Source: Amoebidium appalachense
Taxonomy: Eukaryota; Protista; Ichthyosporea
Direction of reading: 5' to 3'
DNA: 64,000 nt
Assembly (NCBI GenBank): GCA_963693365.1
Contig: CAVNZM010000004.1
Coordinates: 6,388,564 to 6,452,563 of the forward strand
Part shown: positions 31,801-60,428 of the stretch, in pieces
Layout of the letters: every line of letters begins with the position of its first letter
Position numbering within the stretch: position 1 is the stretch's first letter
The notes under the pieces: generated by a model
The model's input: the letters and a program-made list of their open reading frames with translations, nothing else
Told to the model about the DNA's origin: nothing
Databases searched by the model: none
Made by a program: the position numbers and the translations under genes

Positions 31801-34124
31801 TTGCTTATGCTAGTCGTTCATTTAGTAAAAGTGAACGTAGATATAGCAATCCGGAGAGAGAGTCCCATGCTATCTTTTGGGCAGTCTCACAGGCATGGAG
31901 GTATATACTCGCAGGCAGGACGTTTGAGGTCTACACCGACCACAAGCCCTGCCTAGCCATGGCCGGCACCACTCGTCTGGTCAACGAGAGGATGCAGAAG
32001 TGGGCCGCGGCTCTCGGTGAGTTCTCCTATAAATTGTTTTATGCCAAGGGTGAAACAATGGTTGACTGTGATGCTCTCTCTCGTGCTGCTCATATTTTGT
32101 TTGAAGAAGAGAAGGAGGGGGAGGGGGGGCTAGTGAGAGACGGGGGGGGAGGGGGGAAGGGGGGGGAGAGTGAGCAGAAAGGAATAGATGCTGTGTCTGT
32201 TGATGTGTCTTCTTGGGCTCCGGGGTTGCTTGCTTATAAGTGTAGGGGAGGGGGGGGGAGGTATTTGTCAGTGTCTGAGGTCGGGACCGAGTCTCATGGC
32301 TCGGCCCCTGCCTTAGCACCTACGGCTTTGATCTTAGCTCAGGAGGAAGATGTGTTGATTGGTCTGGTTAAGAATTATTTAAAGGGGCCGGTTGATTCGA
32401 TTAAATTTAAAAATAAAAGGCAGATGATTAAGGTAGCTAAGTTAGCAAAAATGTGTCAGGTAGAGCAGGATTTAGTTTATCATTGTTCTGGGCCAGACGG
32501 ACACCGAGTTTGGGTCCCGACGGCACTTGTGCCTGAGGTTTTGCATATGGTGCATGAGCATCCCATGGCTGGTCATTTAGGTGTAAATAGGACGTTGCTT
32601 CGTGTTAATCGTTCGTATTTTTGGCCGGGTATGAGTAGGGAGGTGAGAGATTATGTGTTGTCATGCATGCATTGTCAGGAAAGGAATGAGAGTCCCCACT
32701 CTCGTTCCCGCCCGTCGTTTATTAGGGATTTTAATGTTCGTATGTTTGAAAGGGTAGCAGTGGATGTGGTCGGTCCTTTTAATTCTACGGTTGAGGGTAA
32801 CACTGTTCTTGTTACCGTCACCGATGTGGCCACTCGTTGGGTTGAAGTTTTTCCTCTCCCCACTGCTAATGCCGTTTTGTTTGCTCGTATTTTTGTGGAT
32901 GAAATTTGTCTTAGGTTTGGTTGTCCTCGTGTTTTGTTAACGGATAGGAGTCGTGTGTTTTTAAATCAGTTGGTGTCGGAGGTGTGTAAAATTTTAAGGG
33001 TAGCTCATATCACTACGTCTGCATATCACCCTCAAGCAAATGCCATCTCTGAACGTGTGCATGCAGTGTTTCAGAAGTCCTTTGGCAAAATGGTGGATGT
33101 GGAGGCTAATGATTGGGATCATATGTCTAGGTTTATTGCTCATTCGTATAATTCTACCCCTCATGCTGTGACTGGTTTTTCTCCGTTTTATTTGGTCTAT
33201 GGGCAGGAGGCTATTAGTTTGTTAGATACGGCACTTTTGCCGATGGGGGGGGCTGACCGACTAACCTATCCCCACTGGACTGAGTTCCGGGAGCAGCTAC
33301 TAACCCGGGCCCGGGCTGCACGTGATGCAGCTCTGGCCCGTACACAGCAGGCACAGACACGTGCAGACGTGTCCACACGTCCGTTACGTGAATTTGCCGA
33401 GGGTACTTTAGTTTTAATTAGGGATCATACTAGGAAAAAGAGATATAAGCAGGAGCAGGAAGGTAAGGGTGAAGGTGAAGGTCTTCGTAAGTATGGTAAG
33501 AAATGGTTGCCTCTTTTTATCGGTCCGTATAAAATAGTGGCTAGGTTAGGTCCGACGGAATATAAGGTGCAGAGGTTAGATAATGAGAGTGATGTTAGAT
33601 TTTATAATGTAGATGATATAAAGGAATATTATGATAGGGCCCTTAGGGTTAAACGGCCGGAGGGCCGTCGAGTGTTAGATGCATTCACCCCCGACTATGA
33701 CGGGTCGGTGGATGTATCGGAGGCTGCAGTAGATAAAATTATGGATAAAAAGGTTATCGAAGGTAAGGAAGGTAAGGTAAATTATTATTTAATTCGTTTT
33801 GAGGGAGGTTATCAGGAAGATCAGTGGTTGCCTGAGTTTCATTTGGATTGCCCGTTTTCTATTCGTGCTTATGAGGCTAGATTAGTGCAGAGGGAGTTGC
33901 CTAGTGCTCCCTCTCGGCCCAAGAGAGTTATTCCACAGTTTAATCGTGGTGTGAAAAAGTCGGTGGGGGAGGGGGCCGGGGGGGGAGTGATGCAAATACA
34001 CGTAGAGACACGGGGGGGGGGGGGGGGGGGGGAGGAGACCGAGGAGGAGTGTGAACGTAGTCGTAGGAATTTAATTTATTATCATAGGTGTCTCCGTAGG
34101 TATCAAGCTTATGGTGTAGATTAA
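31719..34124 (+). CDS. pol: Pol, part 2: RNase H, integrase, chromodomain (joined to part 1 across a G8 run)
   Basis: CDAS...ERE...YTDHKP RNase H; H...GHLG...CMHC zinc finger; AVDVVGP / TDRS / ISER DDE core; GPY; chromodomain VDKIMDKK...YYLIRFEGGYQEDQWLPEFHL. Confidence 0.92.
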   Translation: MFKVRCDASKVAEGAVLYQVQEGQDRVIAYASRSFSKSERRYSNPERESHAIFWAVSQAWRYILAGRTFEVYTDHKPCLAMAGTTRLVNERMQKWAAALGEFSYKLFYAKGETMVDCDALSRAAHILFEEEKEGEGGLVRDGGGGGKGGESEQKGIDAVSVDVSSWAPGLLAYKCRGGGGRYLSVSEVGTESHGSAPALAPTALILAQEEDVLIGLVKNYLKGPVDSIKFKNKRQMIKVAKLAKMCQVEQDLVYHCSGPDGHRVWVPTALVPEVLHMVHEHPMAGHLGVNRTLLRVNRSYFWPGMSREVRDYVLSCMHCQERNESPHSRSRPSFIRDFNVRMFERVAVDVVGPFNSTVEGNTVLVTVTDVATRWVEVFPLPTANAVLFARIFVDEICLRFGCPRVLLTDRSRVFLNQLVSEVCKILRVAHITTSAYHPQANAISERVHAVFQKSFGKMVDVEANDWDHMSRFIAHSYNSTPHAVTGFSPFYLVYGQEAISLLDTALLPMGGADRLTYPHWTEFREQLLTRARAARDAALARTQQAQTRADVSTRPLREFAEGTLVLIRDHTRKKRYKQEQEGKGEGEGLRKYGKKWLPLFIGPYKIVARLGPTEYKVQRLDNESDVRFYNVDDIKEYYDRALRVKRPEGRRVLDAFTPDYDGSVDVSEAAVDKIMDKKVIEGKEGKVNYYLIRFEGGYQEDQWLPEFHLDCPFSIRAYEARLVQRELPSAPSRPKRVIPQFNRGVKKSVGEGAGGGVMQIHVETRGGGGGGEETEEECERSRRNLIYYHRCLRRYQAYGVD

Positions 34125-34257
34125 ATTATTAGTTTTCTTCGTAATTTATTTAATTTAATTTTTTTTAGGAGACTGATTAGTCTATGTCTTTTTAGGGGGT
34201 GTTAGATGTAATGTGACTGAGGTGGGACTCAGCTTTTCCGGGGGCCGGGGGGGGAGT

Positions 34258-34308
34258 TGACATATACTAATCCGTCTCAGCAGATTAGCCTAAGTCTACG
34301 ATCGAGAT

Positions 34309-34351
<43 letters not shown>

Positions 34352-34989
34352 GGCCCGGGTCCACAGATCATCAAGATCAAGTCCGAGGCCTCAAGATAGC
34401 TGTACAGCTGCGTGCATCTTGCCTCTGCCGGCGCAGGGCATTGGACCACGTCAGCCGGGACAGCCGTCCAATAGAATTCTAATTAGTGTGTAGGATAGAT
34501 CGTAGGAGGACTTAGGAATGTGATTGTTCGGGCAGAAGCCCTTTTGTAAGTATTGGCAAGGTTTATAGTATATGTTGCCAAACGTATTTATATATTTCGA
34601 TAGTAGAGGAAAGGGGGGAGGGAGGGGGGGGAGGATAGTATGAAATGTAGATTTAGACTCTGCGGTGCCACTAGGGGGAGGGTGAGGGGTGAGACATGGA
34701 TAAATATATTAGTTGAGTAGATCGACTTAGCTCGTGCAGGCACACGATAAAAGTAGATCGGAATGTTTGGAATGTGGCATCGTAGGGGGGCCAGGTGATG
34801 ATGATCTTTGAGGGCACGGCCTTGATGGCCTCAGTCGTAACTTAGACTCAATCCGTACGGATCTAAGTTTGCCCGTCGGAGCCTGGTCTTAATAAACTTT
34901 ACCGTTTTTCTGTACACGTTCGTTCCTTTTCGTGTGTGTACACTTAGTAGAGTGCCGCGTCTCTAGTACACATATATTAGGATACGACA
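34258..34989 (+). repeat. 3' LTR (732 bp)
   Basis: Direct repeat of 26625-27345. Confidence 0.95.
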
Positions 34990-34994
34990 GGGGC

Positions 34995-35491
34995 TCCCCT
35001 GGCCCCAAGAGCTGTCATACATTCCGGGCGAAGTGAACGACCGTGCGGATTGGTTGTCGCGGATTGATCCCCGCCACGAGTGGTCGGTTACCCCTGCGGG
35101 GGTCGAGCGTATCGAGCAGACACTCGGATTGCACACGGCGGTGGATCGGTTTGCTACACCCGCGACAGCAGTCAAGCCCACGTTTCACACATGGACCGCG
35201 GTGGCCCCCGTGAGCGGTGGGCAGGATGGGCTAGCCACCGAATGGCAGGCCCCCAGCTGGTGGGCGCCACCGTTTCCGTTGATCAAGCGGACAGTGGCGA
35301 AGATTCAGCGGGAACGTGCGCAGGGAATATTAGTGGTCCCGGTGTGGGACACCGCCTTATGGTGGCCGGTGGTGCAAGGGATGGCACAGGCCCACACGGA
35401 CCTGGCCCCCGAAGAAGTGATGTTTCCGGTCGGTGTCCGGTCTTGGCGAATACGTGCCTTCCTATTGGACGGCAACTCCCGCCCCCCTTAA
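34995..35491 (+). pseudogene. Continuation of the DIRS/PAT pol: end of RNase H plus Dam-like methyltransferase (MT) domain
   Basis: YIPGEVNDRADWLSR (RNase H C-terminus), HEW, VDRFAT, DGLATEW, WWAPPFPLI, GILVVPVW...WWP; resumes directly after the TSD. Confidence 0.88.
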
Positions 35492-35874
35492 TTGGATGAA
35501 AATCACTCGCCGCGCCGCTCCTGCCATCCAGCTTTGTGTATTATTTCTGTAAAATAAGAATGTGGTCGCAGATAGCAACAACATATCTAAATACTTCGCT
35601 TGATTCATCAAGCTCTATTTACCTAGAGATGTATTTAGGCCAACTGATTGGTTGGAATAGTGTTCCAACAATCAGTGGCCACTAGGGAGCCGACTATGGT
35701 ATATAGGCGGCGACTCGTTCTATTCGTCTTAGCTTTGTTTCCCCGTCGGCCCCTACTTAGCCCCACCCACAAGCCCGAGCTGTGTTGCATTTCCCCGTCT
35801 TTAGCTAGTCTCTTGCTGATTGGCTACGGCACACACACACACACAGACACACACACACACATGCACACATACAT

Positions 35875-35955
<81 letters not shown>

Positions 35956-35956
35956 G

Positions 35957-35991
<35 letters not shown>

Positions 35992-35995
35992 CTGT

Positions 35996-36068
<73 letters not shown>

Positions 36069-36580
36069 ACACAAACACACACCCACGCATTGAGGGTAGT
36101 GGAGGGGGAGGATAGGGTAGAGGGGTTTTCTTCGTGCGGTGTGTTTAATATTTTTTTCTTTTGACTCGTTTTTATTGATCCGTTGATGAAGGCATCGTGC
36201 AGCCACAGGCTACATTCCACCAATAGAACTGAAAAAGCCAAAGCTACGAAATAAAAATAAAGCGACAAGTGACAAAGGACACCAGCGGGCTTTAATATTT
36301 GAATTTTGTTCGTAGAGAGGCAGTGCATGCCAATGCCATGGTATGTGTACGTTTCTGATGGTCGTGCCCGGGGGCCACTTGGCTGAGCCGAGCCAATAAG
36401 CAAATCGAAAGCAACAACATATCTAAATTTCTTTAAATTTGACTGAATTTATTCGAACCCCATATATGCTACAGGTTCTTGTGAATTTCGAAAAAATTAC
36501 CAATAATTGCAAGAAGTTTCCTAAAGTTTTATTATTGTGATTTGCTATAAGAAAAAACATACTTTTAAACCTTCACAGTT

Positions 36581-36804
<224 letters not shown>

Positions 36805-37112
36805 ATATAGATCAATAACGGTGTAAGTGCCTATAGTTTTTATAAAACAATAAAAAAAGTACCGAACGTAGGAATATTGGGGTAGTTTTCAAATTCCCAT
36901 CGACGCCAAGTCGCCAACTGAAAAAATGCAAATTCAGGACAATGTACCCCTCTGCAGTTTGGGGAGACTGCAAGAGATCTTGCCGTTGCAATCCATGTTT
37001 GTTTTTTCCGGATCCCTTCGACAAAAAACAACAGTTCCGAGCCTAAACCCACACTTTCGTTACTACTTGAAACTACGTGTTAAAACCGCCTGGTAGCAAA
37101 CGAACGTTAAAG

Positions 37113-37837
37113 ATGGGCAACGTGTTGAACAGCATTGCCAACTTTGAAGGGAGCGAGCGCTCCAACGGCTATAACTGGTCGACTACAGCGGACCAGGTGG
37201 TAGGGGGGGAGAATGCAGACCTGACGGGAAAGAACATCATAGTCACGGGGTCAAACACAGGTGTGTGTGCTTCTATGCCCCCACCCTGTGTAGCATTTGC
37301 AGTGCGTTTTGTGGACAGCTTGGGACACCTGCACATGGTTGGCAATGCTCTCTCCCCCCCACTCTCTCGGTTTGCTCTCTCCCTCCCTGCCTCCATCTCT
37401 CCCTCCCTTTTTTCCTCTCTTCCTCCCTTCGCCCTGGACCCCTGGCACGACGTTTCTTCTTTCTCTTTGTGTGTCCTTTCCGGTTCTGCCTTTGTCCTAC
37501 TCTATGACTTTTCTCCTTCTCACCCTCGAGCTCTATCTCTTTTTTTTTGTACATGTGATAGAGCACCACGTGGGCACATGGCTTAGCTTGAATGTGAACG
37601 CACACAATTTGGTCGGTTGTGGAGAACAGGACAAGCGGATGAGAGATTTGACAATAGCCAAAATGTTTTGGAGAAGGAACATTGATGTTCGGAAAGGAGA
37701 TTTTGGGCAGGAGAGATAAGTAGTAGTTGAGAAGTAGTGGACCAATAAGTGAGACGAAGGATCTTGGCTGGAGGAATTGTGAAGAGGGCTGGGGAGCTTT
37801 GGGGAGGGGTGACGGTGGTGGTGGTGATTGTGGTGGT

Positions 37838-37894
<57 letters not shown>

Positions 37895-37916
37895 TGGTTG
37901 TGGTGGTAGTGGTGGT

Positions 37917-37953
<37 letters not shown>

Positions 37954-38396
37954 GAGGGGGAGAAAGGGAGAGGGGGGGGGGGGGGGGGGGAGGGGGGAGC
38001 GGAAGTCGGGTGTATGTTGAGCAAGATCCTTACTCTGGTTGGGTGCAGGTATCGGTAAGGAGACTGTCCGTGTTCTTGCTGGCCGTGGGGCCAACGTGAT
38101 TATGGCCTGCAGAGACTTGGAAAAGGCAGAGAGTGCGGCAAAAGACGTGCGGGCGGTACTCAATGGGAAGGGGGGTCAAGTGTCGGTTATGAAGCTGGAC
38201 CTGGGGTCCTTGCAGTCTGTGCGTGATTTTGCAAAGGAATTTAATGCCAAGAACATTCCTCTTCATGTTCTCATCTGCAACGCCGGCATCATGGCATGCC
38301 CGTACAGTGAGACTTTGGATGGGTTTGAGACGCAGTTTGGGGTTAACCACTTGGGCCACTTCCTGCTGACGAACCTGCTGTTGGAACGGCTGAAGG

Positions 38397-38432
<36 letters not shown>

Positions 38433-39024
38433 ACAAAAAAAAAAAAACACCAGCTTTTTTTCCCGTCCCTCCTGTTCGTTCCCCCCCCCCCCCCCCCCCC
38501 TCCCTCCCCCCAAACACACACACACACACCCCCGCCCAGCCACCCACTGACCCACCTTCTCCTGAGCCTCTGGGGCGCTTCTCCACAGCCAAGTACTTCT
38601 TTTTAAACGTTTAACCTCTTAAATATCTCGAAATGCACTTCCTGTGGCGTGGTGTTCCATATAGTGTTCCCCCCCCCCCCCCCCCCCCCTCCCCCCAACT
38701 CTCCACCCTCTCTTCCCCCTTCTCCTTCCCCGCAACACATCCCCCCCCCCTCTCCCCACCCCCCCCCCCCCCCCTCCTCTCCCCGTTAACACACACATGC
38801 GCACGTGCACGCACCGAAATATACACACACACACAACCCTCCCCCCTCCCCCCCACCCTTTTCAGCCCCTTTGTAAGCACACTCCCTGACTTCCTCCGAC
38901 CACTGTTCATATACTCGAGCTCCCACGAACACCCATACACCCCATACTTCCCCCCCCCCCCCCCCCCCCCCACAACACACACACACACACATATACCACA
39001 TACAGGCTGTGGAAGAGCTGCACA

Positions 39025-39072
<48 letters not shown>

Positions 39073-39114
39073 ATACACACACGTACACGAACATGTACAC
39101 GTACACAACACACA

Positions 39115-39146
<32 letters not shown>

Positions 39147-39663
39147 ACGCCCACTCCCCCCCACCACCACCACCACAACCATACACACAAACACGCACAG
39201 GAGGGTAAGCCATCGCGTATTGTTGTTCTTGCATCCGCCGCCCACCACGCCACCTCCGGCCACGTTATGTTTGACGACCTGAAGGGCAAAGACACGTGGT
39301 ACACTGGGATGATGGGGCCATGGAAAGCATACGGTCAGTCCAAATCCGCAAATATACTTTTTGCATGCGAGCTCGATAAGAGAATGAAGGAGCAAAATGC
39401 GGGTGTGAGCGCGTATTCGTGCCACCCGGGATCGATCAAGACGGAGTTGGGCCGTCACCTTGGGACCGTGTTTACGTTGGCCATGACAGCTGGTATGTGG
39501 CTGACTCACTTTTTTTTGTGTTGTGGGCTAAAGGGGTCTTTTTGCCCCTTCTTTGCTTCCCCCCCTTTTTTGTTGCTTTTATGTATGTGTGGGATGGTGG
39601 GGGTAATGGTGGTTGGTTGGTTTGGAGGCGGACGCGGTTGTGGTGGGTGAGTGGGGTGTGTGT

Positions 39664-39708
<45 letters not shown>

Positions 39709-40200
39709 GATGAGATCTAGAAACACGCCATGACCATCATCACCGAATCACCTTTGAATCATCTACCGAACATCTAAATGCACACCCGCACGCACACAAG
39801 AGCACATGCCAGTCTTTCAAACAATCCGAGTACTAAAAAAGAGATAGCTCCTTTTCACAACTCCTCATGGCATCGAGTGTTATCCAACCGTATATGTTCA
39901 TTTGCTTCATTGGATGATAACTGAAACTGACGCTTTACCTCCCCCCGCCCCCTCCCACCCCAGCGACCACCACCACTACACACGCACACACACACACACA
40001 CACACACAGGCCAGATGTTCACTAAGAGCATCCCCCAGGGGGCTGCCACCAGTGTGTTCCTCGCCGTCTCCCCCAAGGTTGCTGACATGGGCGGGCGGTA
40101 CTTTTCCGATTCGAATCCGGCCCGGCCCGATGCTGCGGCCCTTGACCCGGAACAGGCAAAGAAGCTGTGGGAGGTGTCGGTGAAGATGGTTGGCTTGTGA
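37113..40200 (+). CDS. Short-chain dehydrogenase/reductase, RDH11-14/WWOX/Tic32-like family
   Basis: Exons 37113-37260, 38049-38395, 39201-39492, 40010-40200 in phase. VTGSNTG|IG cofactor motif, [20 protein letters not shown], catalytic [29 protein letters not shown]. Confidence 0.93.
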
Positions 40201-40269
40201 GCAGCCGTCCTTTCGTCTCTATTCTTGCTTTCTCCAAGGCTCTATCGCCTCCTTTTTTTTTTTTTTTTT

Positions 40270-40315
<46 letters not shown>

Positions 40316-41104
40316 GGATGCAAGTTAATATGTGCAGGTGTAAATATTCCATGTATACTTATGGGAATCTCATTGGTATCAGGGTAATACTGGCCACCTT
40401 CGAAAGCCAGCACCAATTCGAATGTGTAGCCGAGAGGAAATCTGTAGTAAATTTATTGCTAATAAAAATAATAACAACAAAAGGAAGTGGTCTAGATATG
40501 CTAGGCTGGGTAGGTAGGTACACAAGTGTAGACAGTTTGAGAAGGGGTGATTACTTGTGAACTTGAACTCTGTACATATCGCGGAGGACAGCATGAATAT
40601 TAAATAAACTTTGTGCCCATGCTTTGCTGTATCATGAAATGGAAGAACAATCCGGGGCTGGGTCTCCGCACCATTGCTCAAAATGCATTTTGGAGACATT
40701 CCCCAGGAATCATCACCCGATTTGAGTTCACACGTGCACAACCACACATGTACACACTCGCGTCAAGTACACAGACATACGCACGAAACACAATCACAAA
40801 CCCGCACACACACACAACACACACACACACAGTGATACACTGTGACACACACACACACACCAACACACACAAGCAGTGTCACACACACACAAGGACACGG
40901 AAACACCTAAGAAAAGCGTACACGGCCACCCATCATGTGTGTGGACACTGAGGTTCCCACCCACACCTGCACTGAGTCACATGTGTACAAGTTTAAAAAA
41001 AAACACCCCTGACTACCCCGGTGATCCATCGCCATGGCTGGCCAAATACCCCCCCCCCCCCCCCCCCCCCCCCCCTGGGGGCCCCTCCCGGGCCTCCCCC
41101 CTTG

Positions 41105-41212
41105 CCGTCTGCCCATGGCCACACCGTTACATGTACACCTACTCAGCCAAAATCCCCCGTCTGCCCATGGCCACACCGTTACATGTACACCTACTCAGCC
41201 AAAATCCCCCGT
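41105..41212. repeat. 52-bp perfect tandem duplication
   Basis: CCGTCTGCCCATGGCCACACCGTTACATGTACACCTACTCAGCCAAAATCCC twice. Confidence 0.9.
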
Positions 41213-41583
41213 GCATGGTGGGCTCATGGCCCCTATAGCTGAACCTTTTAACAGCTAGCTACGTATTTGATACATGGTACGCTCTTTCTCACCGTGTCGC
41301 AAATACAGATGTACATACCACGTGGACGTCCTACGTACTCACTGACACACACAGTTAGTGTGACGCGATAGCGACGTGACACACACATGCCAGGGGTAAC
41401 CAACGTCAAACTCAAAGCACACGGCAGGATCGTAGTCACTGCAGGAAACGTCACCATGCATCCACGGTGGCGCCACGGGTACGCGTAATATTATACTTGG
41501 ATGTGCAGGAATGGGTGCACGTGTGCATGCACATGCGCCTACGCAGAGTACGCCCGCATTCACGCCCACACGCGCGCGCATGT

Positions 41584-41643
<60 letters not shown>

Positions 41644-42335
41644 CATGCACATGTACACACACACGAACATACACACACGCACGTGTACACCCACCCACCC
41701 ACCCATCCCCACCCAGGCCCACCCACCCACGTACACCGAGGTCAAATACCATAAACACAGGGGCACGCAAAGCAATCAACAAACGTACAACCCCACGTCG
41801 TAGCAATGGAATTTATTTTTATTTTGTTGCGGCATTCCTTCGATGTTATATGATTATTGCTTTTCTATTTTCTTTCGAGCATCCCCACCCCCAAATAACG
41901 AATTGAACCGTTAAGCTTTGGTGAAGCAGCCACTGCCATTCACATAGAGTTAAAGATAACCATGTTTGTAAGGACAGCCTCAAACTTCAAGCCAGGCACA
42001 TATTGTTTCATTCATACTTGCAGAAAATAACCAAACCTTCTCATACAAACACACACACACATACGCACAGTCACACACACCGCCACCACCACCACACCCA
42101 CCCACACCCACAACCATATATAAATATACACGTGCACAGCATCACCACCAGGCTCAAACTCATGGTATATGCGTAGCGGCTCGATCATACAAATTCCATT
42201 CGAAAAACTCATCCGTAACAAGACAATCACACACGCAAGAAAACCATCAATTTTCATAACCACACTATATATAGACACAGCGTCACCATTCGACAATTAA
42301 CAACACATCCAGCCCCCCGTTACTTAGTATCCTTA

Positions 42336-59432
<17,097 letters not shown>

Positions 59433-60017
59433 CTCAGAAACATAGCGCTAATCCATTTCGATTTATGTATATATCTTCCCTTCGTTGGGAATGTGTGCGT
59501 GATCATGGGGCAAGGACCACGGTTGTTTGATGGGATGTTCAACGCACTCTTGACAACGAATAGATGCTATGCTATAAAGGTTATACAACAACTAGCACTT
59601 ATTTTTCCCGCACACGTTCTGTTTTATTTAATTTGCTGGAGCATTAATAGTATTATCTTCCCTCCCGGAAATGCCGCGCCCAGAATCTGCCGTTCTTCAA
59701 AGTTATAGGTGTCCAAGTTTAAAAAAATCCTTGGTGTGTTCAATCGCCTGTCCTTGTCCTTCTTCCACCTGCGACCTATACAATAACAACCTTTCTTTAT
59801 TCTCTCTTCCAACGTCGGACTTGGCTTGTAAAATTATCACCTCTGTATTACAAAAACATCACCACTGTATTACAAACATAAAGGTGTGAAGTATCCATCG
59901 CATACAGAACAGTTTTGCACTGAATAACGGGAGATGCGACCGATCGGCCGGGACCGGGGCAGTTCCCGTAAGACATTCTATTTATAGGAGCATTTCCTAC
60001 CGCACACATATCAGAAC

Positions 60018-60209
60018 GGGGTTTACGCTGTTTACTCGAGGCAAAGAGAACCAGTCTCAGGTATGGGGGGGGTTTTGCTCGGAATATCCCCTCAGCGGTA
60101 TATCATGATCACGTACATAGATGTCGGGTGGTGACTATATATCAGGGTTTACTTTCTCTACGAGACACCATAAAGACTACAAGGAGAAATCAATTAGTTG
60201 GGGTTCCCC

Positions 60210-60278
<69 letters not shown>

Positions 60279-60365
60279 TTTTTTAATTTTTTTTTAATTT
60301 TAATTTTAATTTTTTTTTTTTTTTTTTTTAAAGGGGCTTCCCTCGGGACACTCGGTATCAGCTGG

Positions 60366-60428
<63 letters not shown>

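Larger units (their letters stand above)
26625..34989 (+). mobile_element. Full-length chromodomain-bearing Ty3/Gypsy LTR retrotransposon (8.4 kb), very recent insertion
   Basis: TG...CA LTRs; 5-bp TSD GGGGC at 26620-26624 and 34990-34994; G-rich PPT at about 34240-34256; order gag, PR-RT-RH-IN-chromodomain. Confidence 0.97.
24733..36428 (+). mobile_element. PAT/DIRS-class retroelement with split direct repeats (A1...B1-A2...B2); decayed, lacking gag and tyrosine recombinase, interrupted by a Gypsy element
   Basis: A1 24733-24896 matches A2 35592-35761. B1 AGCAACAACATATCTAAAT at 35574-35592 abuts A2 and recurs at 36410-36428. DIRS-type RT, RNase H and MT sequences lie between them; no TSD. 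Confidence 0.82.

Noticed and set aside
24733-35761. Treating the A1/A2 repeats as LTRs of an LTR retrotransposon
   Set aside because: No TG...CA ends or TSD, DIRS-type RT/MT inside, and the B1A2/B2 arrangement fits split direct repeats.
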